The notes under the pieces: model-generated
Seen by the model: the letters and a program-made list of their open reading frames with translations, nothing else
Databases searched by the model: none
What the model was told of the DNA's origin: nothing
Program-made: the position numbers and the translations under genes
Assembly (NCBI GenBank): GCA_003056265.1
Contig: NBVN01000004.1
Coordinates: 180,001-212,000 of the forward strand
From: Zestosphaera tikiterensis
Lineage (GTDB): Archaea > Thermoproteota > Thermoprotei_A > Sulfolobales > NBVN01
Length of the DNA: 32,000 nucleotides
Direction of reading: 5' to 3'
Shown: piece after piece, positions 25,297 to 32,000 of the stretch
Layout: each line of letters starts with the position of its first letter
Position numbering within the stretch: position 1 is the first letter of the stretch

Positions 25297-26598
25297 ATGT
25301 TAGACAGGTGTTTAAAAACGATTGGTACATCTAGATTGCCAGGATTCCATAAGTTAAGCATGAAGGAAAGGTTGCTAAAACTTAAGGAGATAGCGCAGTT
25401 AAGTGAGGAAGACATACAGCTATTATCTCGTGAAGGTCCCTTACCTCTAGAGATCGCGGATAAAATGATTGAAAACGTTGTTGGTACTTTCGCATTGCCT
25501 TTCGCTATAGCTACGAACTTCTTAATAAACGATAAGGACTATCTAATACCGATGGTTATTGAGGAGCCTTCCGTCGTAGCAGCTGCTTCGAACGCCGCTA
25601 GGATGACGAGAGAGGGTGGTGGGATTAGAGCTCAAGCTACGGATTCCATAATGATTTCTCAAATACAGCTTGTTAAAGTGCCTTCGCCATACACAGCTAA
25701 GTATGTAATTTTAGAGCGGAAGCAGGAGATAATGGATTTAGCGAATTCCACAAACCCAATATTAACTAAAGTTGGGGGCGGTGTCAGAGACGTTGAAGTA
25801 AACGTTTTAGACTCGCCGGTGGGTCCTATGGTAATAACTAATCTCGTAGTGGATGTGAAGGACGCGATGGGAGCTAACACAGTGAACACTATGGCGGAGG
25901 CCGTGGCTCCTTTAATAGAGAAATGGACTGGGGGTAAGGTGTATTTAAGGATAATATCTAACCTAGCTGATCGAAGGCTTGTTAGGGCTTGGACTAGAGT
26001 TCCTAAGGATGTCTTAGGTGGGGAGGAAGTAGTTGACGGTATAGTATATGCTTGGGCTTTCGCCGCGGCAGACCCCTATAGAGCAGCCACACATAATAAA
26101 GGGATTATGAACGGCGTCATAGCTGTAGCTTTAGCTACCGGGCAAGACACTAGAGCTTTAGAAGCGGGGGCTCACGCGTACGCCTCTCGAAGCGGTAAGT
26201 ACTCACCCCTCTCGGTTTGGGAGAAAGACGGCAACGGCGACTTAGTAGGTTATTTAGAAATGCCTATGGCGGTGGGTGTTATAGGAGGTGCCGTGAAAGT
26301 TAACCCAATGGCTCAACTAAGCTTGAAGATTTTAGGCGTTAAAACAGCTAAGGAGTTAGCTGAGGTTATGGGTGCTGTCGGGTTAGCTCAAAACTTAGCA
26401 GCCCTCCGAGCTTTAGCAACGGAAGGAATTCAAAGAGGTCATATGAAGTTGCATGCTAGGCAATTAGCTATAACAGCAGGTGCTGCAGGGAAAGAAGTGG
26501 ATGTGGTTGTTGAGGAAATGATTAAGAGAGGCGCTATAAGGTTAGACGTAGCTAAGGAGATCTTAGAAAACATAAGGAAAAACCCGTCCTCAAGTTAA
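25297..26598 (+). CDS. hmgA: HMG-CoA reductase, class II-type sequence
   Basis: ENVVGTFALPFAIATNFLINDKDYLIPMVIEEPSVVAAAS, DAMGANTVNT and THNKGIMNGV...GQDTRALEAGAHAYA. These match the Pseudomonas mevalonii-type (class II) signatures rather than the class I motifs ATTEG/DAMGMNM. Confidence 0.9.
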   Translation: MLDRCLKTIGTSRLPGFHKLSMKERLLKLKEIAQLSEEDIQLLSREGPLPLEIADKMIENVVGTFALPFAIATNFLINDKDYLIPMVIEEPSVVAAASNAARMTREGGGIRAQATDSIMISQIQLVKVPSPYTAKYVILERKQEIMDLANSTNPILTKVGGGVRDVEVNVLDSPVGPMVITNLVVDVKDAMGANTVNTMAEAVAPLIEKWTGGKVYLRIISNLADRRLVRAWTRVPKDVLGGEEVVDGIVYAWAFAAADPYRAATHNKGIMNGVIAVALATGQDTRALEAGAHAYASRSGKYSPLSVWEKDGNGDLVGYLEMPMAVGVIGGAVKVNPMAQLSLKILGVKTAKELAEVMGAVGLAQNLAALRALATEGIQRGHMKLHARQLAITAGAAGKEVDVVVEEMIKRGAIRLDVAKEILENIRKNPSSS

Positions 26599-26659
26599 AG
26601 TTTTATCACTAAGCTTTATTTTTATTTAAAACAACTATTTATTCTTAGAAGGTGAGTGC

Positions 26660-26914
26660 TTGAGTAAACGTGAGGAAACGCAAAAACGGTATGTTGAAGG
26701 TGCTGTAATATCGGGTTTAAGGCTTTACAGGCATTGGAGGAAGAGGGGGTTATCGAAGGACGAGTCGTTTAAGAGAGCTGTCAAGCAAGCCTTAGGTATG
26801 ATGGAGGTAAGTGGGTTGGATAAAAACGAAATACTTGAGGTTATGGAAGATTTAAAGATGTTTATAGATGAAATAATAAATGAGTTGAAAAACGCTAACA
26901 CGCAATCTTCCTAA
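26660..26914 (+). CDS. Hypothetical small helical protein
   Basis: 84-aa ORF with a TTG start after GAAGGTGAG. No family recognised. Confidence 0.4.
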   Translation: MSKREETQKRYVEGAVISGLRLYRHWRKRGLSKDESFKRAVKQALGMMEVSGLDKNEILEVMEDLKMFIDEIINELKNANTQSS

Positions 26915-26956
26915 GTTAAGCAATTTTATAAATTCTCGTAATGATTAATATGAAGA

Positions 26957-27823
26957 GTGTGTGGGTGTTTGGCGTCGGACATTAAGAGCCTCCTACTTCG
27001 TGTGTTTTTTGAGTCTGCTGATGGGGGTTACTACTCCCCAATGTTTGATGAATGTTATGAAGTGCTTCCCATCCCTGAAGTTATAGGTCGAGCTACGGAC
27101 GTAGATCACGCTAGGAAATTCGCCTATTCTTTAATACCGTGTCGTTGCGAACCTTGCTTCTTAAGTAAGTACTTGCCTAACGATTACCTCTTCGTAGGGG
27201 GTTCAAGCTATTCAATAGCTAAGATCGTAGCCCATTGGGATCCGAGACTTGACATAGGTTGCTACGTTGATTACTGGCGGAACGTTGGTGGGAGGATACC
27301 TGGAAACTTCAGGGAGTGTGAGGACTGCTACATATTTTTCGCTGCTGGACTAGCTAAATACCCTAGAAGGTATTTCGAAGTTAAACGTGGATTCACTGAA
27401 ATAAGGAGAACCTTCTTAAGTTCCGATAGAGGTATTTACGTAGTCGGTTATATGAAGGTAGACACTGTTGTGGACTTAGCTGAGATCTCAGCTGAACTCA
27501 ACCTTAAAAACGTCGAATACAGCATAAGGGATGTTTGGCATGAAGCAGCGAAGAAATACGGCGATAAAGTGTTGATGAATCCCCACTATGCGAGGCCAGC
27601 AGATCTTCCGGTTGTTATGTTAAGTAATGAAGGTAACTACGGCTTCTTTAAAGAACCGCTACCTTTAATAGAGTGGAAGCACGGCAAGAAGATGTTTTCT
27701 AAATACGCTTATGCCTTCGGTATAAGAACATTCGACGATAGAGTTAGGCATAAAGCGTTTAACTTAGATGAAACTAAAGAGATTTTAAAACTGTTGAGGC
27801 ATGAAGGAGTCGTCCGTATTTAG
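26957..27823 (+). CDS. Hypothetical Cys-rich protein (family not recognised)
   Basis: 288-aa ORF with the N-terminal pattern FFESADGGYYSPMF...LPIPE. The start is uncertain: the GTG at 26957 is in a different frame from an upstream ATG at 26951. Confidence 0.5.
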   Translation: MCGCLASDIKSLLLRVFFESADGGYYSPMFDECYEVLPIPEVIGRATDVDHARKFAYSLIPCRCEPCFLSKYLPNDYLFVGGSSYSIAKIVAHWDPRLDIGCYVDYWRNVGGRIPGNFRECEDCYIFFAAGLAKYPRRYFEVKRGFTEIRRTFLSSDRGIYVVGYMKVDTVVDLAEISAELNLKNVEYSIRDVWHEAAKKYGDKVLMNPHYARPADLPVVMLSNEGNYGFFKEPLPLIEWKHGKKMFSKYAYAFGIRTFDDRVRHKAFNLDETKEILKLLRHEGVVRI

Positions 27824-27877
27824 ATCTTAAGCATTTAACGTTAAGCTTAAAAACTAGTTAAATCTTTTTAACCTAAG

Positions 27878-29080
27878 GTGCCTCCAGTGGATTTTACCAT
27901 CGTCGTTGCGACGTCTGTGTTAGTCGGTGCTTTCCTCGCATGGAGTAACGGATCTAATAACGCCGCTAACTTAGTTGGGACGGTTGTGGGAGCTAGAGTA
28001 ATCCCGTTATCTAAGGCTTTAATTATAGCTTCAGTGTTTGAAGTCGTTGGGGCGGTAGCCTTCGGCTCTTACGTGTCTTCAACACTGTCATACGGTATAG
28101 TACGTATTACCGTGTTAAGCGATGAGGCCGTGGTTTTAGGCATGTTGTCGGTAATGCTTTCTTCTGGCTTATGGGTTTTAACGTCGTCAATTCTTAAAGT
28201 TCCAGTATCCGTTATTGAAGTAGTTGTGTCTTGTTTAGTGGGGTTTGGCTTAATCTCCTTAGGTGTTGAGGGAGTTAACTGGCTTAACTTAGTTATGATA
28301 TTTACTTCATGGTTTTCCCTAATCCCAATCGCTACGTTAGTTTCGGCGACGCTCTTCATAACTATTCAGCCCTTCCTAACTAATCAAAAAGCTCAAGCGG
28401 TTTCAAGCAGTTTAACTATGTTTATATTGATATCTACGACAGCATATATGCTCCTCTATAGTAAAGTTAACGATGTTTATGCTTTATTAATCTCCATATT
28501 CGCCGGTTTCCTAACGTTTTTAACGATATTTCATTATGGACGTAAAACACTTAGAAGCAAGACATTAGCATCAGCTGAGAAATTCTTAGAACTCCTTGCG
28601 AGTATCTCCATAGCTTTAGTGTCTATATCTCACGGAGCTAGCAATGCTGGTAACGTAGCAGGACCGTTAACAATCATATTTAACTACGCATCAACGAAGG
28701 CAAACGCGTTTAACCTGAGTTTACTAGGTTATTTAGCGTTAGCTTTCTCAGGTTTCTTCATGTCTTTAGGTATTTTAACTTGGGGTAAGCGTGTGGTGGG
28801 AACCATAGGTGAGGAGCTCGTGACGTTAAGCTTTTCATCCGCTTTCGTAGTGCAGGTAGCTACATCCCTTACTGTCTTAACATTTGCGAGGTTTGGAATC
28901 CCGGTATCAACAACTATGGCTATAGTAGGGGGTATTACAGGAGTGGGTTTAGCTATGAAATATAGGACAATTAACTTCAAGACCTTAACGAAGCTATTGC
29001 TTGTTTGGGTTCTCACCCTGCCTTCATGCGTTCTGCTTACAGCCGGTGTATACTTAATGTTAAGAACTTTAGTTTATTAA
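27878..29080 (+). CDS. Inorganic phosphate transporter, PiT (PHO4) family
   Basis: Duplicated signature NGSNNAANLVGTVVGA and HGASNAGNVAGPL, with about 10-12 TM segments. Confidence 0.85.
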   Translation: MPPVDFTIVVATSVLVGAFLAWSNGSNNAANLVGTVVGARVIPLSKALIIASVFEVVGAVAFGSYVSSTLSYGIVRITVLSDEAVVLGMLSVMLSSGLWVLTSSILKVPVSVIEVVVSCLVGFGLISLGVEGVNWLNLVMIFTSWFSLIPIATLVSATLFITIQPFLTNQKAQAVSSSLTMFILISTTAYMLLYSKVNDVYALLISIFAGFLTFLTIFHYGRKTLRSKTLASAEKFLELLASISIALVSISHGASNAGNVAGPLTIIFNYASTKANAFNLSLLGYLALAFSGFFMSLGILTWGKRVVGTIGEELVTLSFSSAFVVQVATSLTVLTFARFGIPVSTTMAIVGGITGVGLAMKYRTINFKTLTKLLLVWVLTLPSCVLLTAGVYLMLRTLVY

Positions 29081-29240
29081 GTGTTCATTGCCCATAACAT
29101 CCTTTAAGCCCGGCCGCAAGGGCATTCACCCCCTGACCCTTCTTATCGCTCTTCAAGGTTATAGAAAAACACAGATTAATACAGAAAGCTACAGATTAAT
29201 GTTTCAGCCCTTTGATCATAAAACATAAGATAAAAATAAA

Positions 29241-29528
29241 TTGTACCGTTACGTTAATCTAGTAGGTGTTAATGTGGGTACGGCGTTAATCCACGTCGTG
29301 GATAAGGATCTCTTAATTCAAGTTTACGACGATTTGGGTAAGAACGTATATGTTAAATCAGGTAGGTTGGATTTAAGCTTTTCTGAAGTAGGGGAGGTTC
29401 GAATCACTCCATACGTGTTTAAAAACGGTGTTATGGTGGTTGTTTCTAAGTTTAAGGATATGAAGGTTCGTGAGGTAGAGGAGGTTGAGGAAATACCTTC
29501 AGCTGAAGGTAGAGAGATCGAAGAGTAG
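29241..29528 (+). CDS. Hypothetical small protein (first of three overlapping ORFs)
   Basis: 95-aa ORF with an acidic tail. A likely leaderless start is GTG at 29274, downstream of the A/T-rich box at 29218-29240. Confidence 0.35.
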   Translation: MYRYVNLVGVNVGTALIHVVDKDLLIQVYDDLGKNVYVKSGRLDLSFSEVGEVRITPYVFKNGVMVVVSKFKDMKVREVEEVEEIPSAEGREIEE

Positions 29529-29919
29529 GTCTGGCCTTCATAGACGGACCTCCACGTATCAAGTCCTGGATAAAGACTGCAATCAGTTGGACTTTAGAGT
29601 GGTTGAGAAAGTTTCAACTAAGCCTACCTATGTTGAAGGCATTTCAGAAATGCATAAAATCCTCCTTCCAGATAACGCTTACGTAGTATATATGGACTTC
29701 ATACTTAACTTAAGAAAGCATATTAAAGGTGAGGTGTTGATCTACGGTTCTGACGGTAGGTTACTATGTAGGTCTGTGTATAGAAAACTTAAAGTTAGGG
29801 TTTTAGATGTTGATAACCCTCTGCTTATGAACCTCATAAAATGTGTTTTCAAGAGCTTGAAACTGCCGGTGAAGAGGTATGGAGTCGTCCGCAGTGGAGG
29901 TAAAAAGGAAGTTAGCTAA
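29485..29919 (+). CDS. Hypothetical protein (second overlapping ORF; start uncertain)
   Basis: 144-aa ORF in the +1 frame relative to the previous one. No family recognised. Confidence 0.35.
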   Translation: MRKYLQLKVERSKSRSGLHRRTSTYQVLDKDCNQLDFRVVEKVSTKPTYVEGISEMHKILLPDNAYVVYMDFILNLRKHIKGEVLIYGSDGRLLCRSVYRKLKVRVLDVDNPLLMNLIKCVFKSLKLPVKRYGVVRSGGKKEVS

Positions 29920-30223
29920 CTCGTTAAAGAGATACGGCTTCTACATATTCACTAGAGATGAGTTGCAAGTAATCACTGCTGTACTAGCTAGTTTAAACCT
30001 ACATAGAATTCTTAAGCCTAAGCCGTTAGGCAGCAAGAAAAACTACTTCTCATTGGAAATCGATGAAGGTGCCTACATATCCTTATGTAGGACTAGATGC
30101 TCAGGCAGCAGTGGTTTCCTAGACGTTAATTGTTATGTTTCATGTGTTGAAAACAATCGGAGGGATCTTATAGATATGTCCGTGAAAAGCCTTCAAACAA
30201 ACACTAAATTCACTCAAGCTTAG
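29879..30223 (+). CDS. Hypothetical protein (third overlapping ORF)
   Basis: 114-aa ORF with an ATG start that overlaps the previous ORF by 41 nt. Confidence 0.35.
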   Translation: MESSAVEVKRKLANSLKRYGFYIFTRDELQVITAVLASLNLHRILKPKPLGSKKNYFSLEIDEGAYISLCRTRCSGSSGFLDVNCYVSCVENNRRDLIDMSVKSLQTNTKFTQA

Positions 30224-30247
30224 CTACGTAACGTAGGTGCGACCGCT

Positions 30248-30598
30248 TTGTTTAAGCAAGTTATACTCGTTAGGACAGATCTCAAGATGAGTAAAGGTAA
30301 GTTAGCTGTTCAAGTAGCTCACGCGTCTGTCTGCGCCTTACTTGAAGCCCTTAAACATAAGCGTGATTGGGCAGATGAATGGTTGGCTTCAGGGCAGAAG
30401 AAGGTTGTTTTAAAGGTTAACAGTGAGGAGGAACTCCGTAAGTATTATCAAGCAGCGCTTAAGTTTGGATTGCCCGCCGCAATAATTCAAGACGCAGGCC
30501 TTACGGAACTTCCTGAAGGAACCACCACAACCGTAGGTATAGGTCCGGCGCCAGAGACGTATATAGATAAGGTAACCGGTCATTTAAAGCTTCTTTAA
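30248..30598 (+). CDS. pth2: Peptidyl-tRNA hydrolase, archaeal/eukaryotic Pth2 type
   Basis: [26 protein letters not shown]...GQKKVVLKV...[24 protein letters not shown]. 116 aa. Confidence 0.9.
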   Translation: MFKQVILVRTDLKMSKGKLAVQVAHASVCALLEALKHKRDWADEWLASGQKKVVLKVNSEEELRKYYQAALKFGLPAAIIQDAGLTELPEGTTTTVGIGPAPETYIDKVTGHLKLL

Positions 30599-30617
30599 AA
30601 CTTAACATCGCGTTAAG

Positions 30618-31811
30618 CTAAGCTAAAGCGTTTAACAAACCTATAATTAGCAGCAGAGCTAACGTCGATGAAGTAAGCGTTTGAATTGTGTAGTTAACTA
30701 GTTTATACCTGCCGTCTTTTAAAATCTCGCTTAAGATCCTACCACCATCTGTTATGAAGACAGGCGTTGCGTTAACTAAGGCTAGCGAGAAGTTAACTAT
30801 GTAAAACCAGTAGAGGGTTTTATAAGCGTTTAGAACAATTAACGATGTGTTCTCTGAGACGTACTCTGTTAAGTACACACCAAGTTTTGAATTGCTTGGC
30901 TTGTATAGGTAGTACGTTCTCAACCCACCCGAAGGTTTAACTATGTCGCCCTCTATCTTAGCTTCAATTACTTTAAGCTCTATAACTACGGAATCGTTGC
31001 GTATTTTAAGTAAGAAAGCTGTAAAGTCTTGAATGCTGGAGATCCTAGTGTTATTAACCTCAACGATTATCGACGGCGTCGGTAATCCAGCTTTAACTGC
31101 TGGTAGGTCGGGATTCGACCTATCTAAGTCCACTATCACCGGCGTTAGGAGTATATGCGGCGTTAAAAACGACATTAACGCGGTGGCTAATATAGCAACT
31201 ATTAAATTGCCTAAGACCCCCGCACTCAATATAGAAAACTTAGAGAGTCTTCTAGCTTTATTGAAAACCTCCTCTACAGGCTTTACGTAAGCTAAGGGGA
31301 ATATAGCAAAGAGCCCTAAACCCCAAGACTCCACCTTCACACCTTCAATATATGAAGCTATAGCATGCATTAATTCATGAATAGCTACAGAGAAACCAAT
31401 CACTACAGCAAGTGTTGGTATAATATTTAAGCTTATCGTAACCCCCGGTATTATAGGAACTAGGGGGGATTGATACGTCTCCCTAGCTGAAAACGCTTTA
31501 ATTAAATCACCTACGGAGTTTACTAGTATTTGATACATAAGTGTTGCGGATATAGCCACGCTTAAAAGACCGGCTACTAACAACCCATACCTTAAAAGCT
31601 TACTATTGACTCGCGAGCTTAGCTTCTCAAGCTTTGAAGCCTTACCAACATCAATCAACAACATTAAAGGTGCTACTTCAATATTACGAGATCTTAAACC
31701 CTCTCTCACTTTAGGATTCACGTATGAAATCGTGTACAGAAGCAATTCAAATAAAACCACAGCTATTAAAGCGGCGTACGCAACTTCCAACGCCTCCACC
31801 ACCTCTAGCAA
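30618..31811 (-). CDS. M50 site-2 protease family membrane metalloprotease with an internal PDZ-like region
   Basis: HELMHAIASY zinc motif inside a TM segment. Polytopic, with a soluble insert (...PAVKAGLPTPSIIVEVNNTRISS...). Confidence 0.75.
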   Translation of the reverse strand: MLEVVEALEVAYAALIAVVLFELLLYTISYVNPKVREGLRSRNIEVAPLMLLIDVGKASKLEKLSSRVNSKLLRYGLLVAGLLSVAISATLMYQILVNSVGDLIKAFSARETYQSPLVPIIPGVTISLNIIPTLAVVIGFSVAIHELMHAIASYIEGVKVESWGLGLFAIFPLAYVKPVEEVFNKARRLSKFSILSAGVLGNLIVAILATALMSFLTPHILLTPVIVDLDRSNPDLPAVKAGLPTPSIIVEVNNTRISSIQDFTAFLLKIRNDSVVIELKVIEAKIEGDIVKPSGGLRTYYLYKPSNSKLGVYLTEYVSENTSLIVLNAYKTLYWFYIVNFSLALVNATPVFITDGGRILSEILKDGRYKLVNYTIQTLTSSTLALLLIIGLLNALA

Positions 31812-31898
31812 TTTGTTTAGTGACTCATACTTAAATACCTTAGAAGAAGTATTAAATATAGGTGGGACGTCATTAAAAACCTTAGTTGAGGTGCTTTA

Positions 31899-32000
31899 AT
31901 GTCCGTTAATTCAATTAAGGTTTTTGAGGATTTTATTGACCTTCTAGATTTAATAGACTACAGCAGAATTCTCGTACTAGTTGACGTAAGCGGTTATGAA
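31899..32000 (+). CDS. 5' end of an unidentified ORF (runs off the window)
   Basis: ATG at 31899, MSVNSIKVFEDFIDLLDLIDYSRILVLVDVSGYE. Too short to assign. Confidence 0.3.
   Translation, partial: MSVNSIKVFEDFIDLLDLIDYSRILVLVDVSGYE

Noticed and set aside
29095-29135. Possible decayed relic of the IS 3' module. ACATCCTTT...GCCCGGCC...CATTCACCCC resembles parts of 4167-4225.
   Set aside because: The matches are patchy, the motif order does not fit all copies consistently, and the GTCAG terminus is on the wrong side. I could not distinguish it from chance without an aligner.
1-32000. CRISPR arrays, rRNA genes, or prophage/integrated-plasmid blocks
   Set aside because: No regularly spaced short repeats were seen. 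The only repeats are the IS family and the 128-bp antitoxin block. I also saw no integrase, capsid or conjugation-like ORFs, and no duplicated tRNA 3' halves near 7208..7295 or 8357..8444.

Overview
Low-GC archaeal chromosomal segment with a Crenarchaeota/TACK-like gene set: family B DNA polymerase, an ESCRT-III/CdvB paralogue, Pth2, archaeal GTP cyclohydrolase III next to ribH, bifunctional PGI/PMI, and two tRNAs with encoded CCA. Most genes are housekeeping or transport. The window is heavily scarred by TnpB-carrying mobile DNA. There are two diverged tnpB-only IS200/IS605 (IS1341-like) copies in opposite orientation (about 4102-5572 and 13378-14820). There is also a 334-bp MITE of the same family (7562-7895) and an IS607-type element (20013-21989) carrying a serine-recombinase TnpA and a second TnpB lineage. 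Each element sits inside a recognisable host gene: a PPC/DUF296 gene, an M20 peptidase, livM and an AmmeMemoRadiSam-type radical SAM gene. For two elements the ends can be placed at or near single-nucleotide resolution by rejoining the host reading frame. The three related elements share a roughly 140-nt 3' module with a compensatory base-pair change, which fits an omega-RNA scaffold. They also share a 5' hairpin with a compensatory indel. Other notable items are a translationally coupled antitoxin-PIN-antitoxin operon bracketed by a 128-bp near-identical direct repeat, a class II-type HMG-CoA reductase, and several orphan ORFs. I saw no CRISPR array, rRNA or prophage-like block. All calls rest on reading motifs by eye; no database search was possible.
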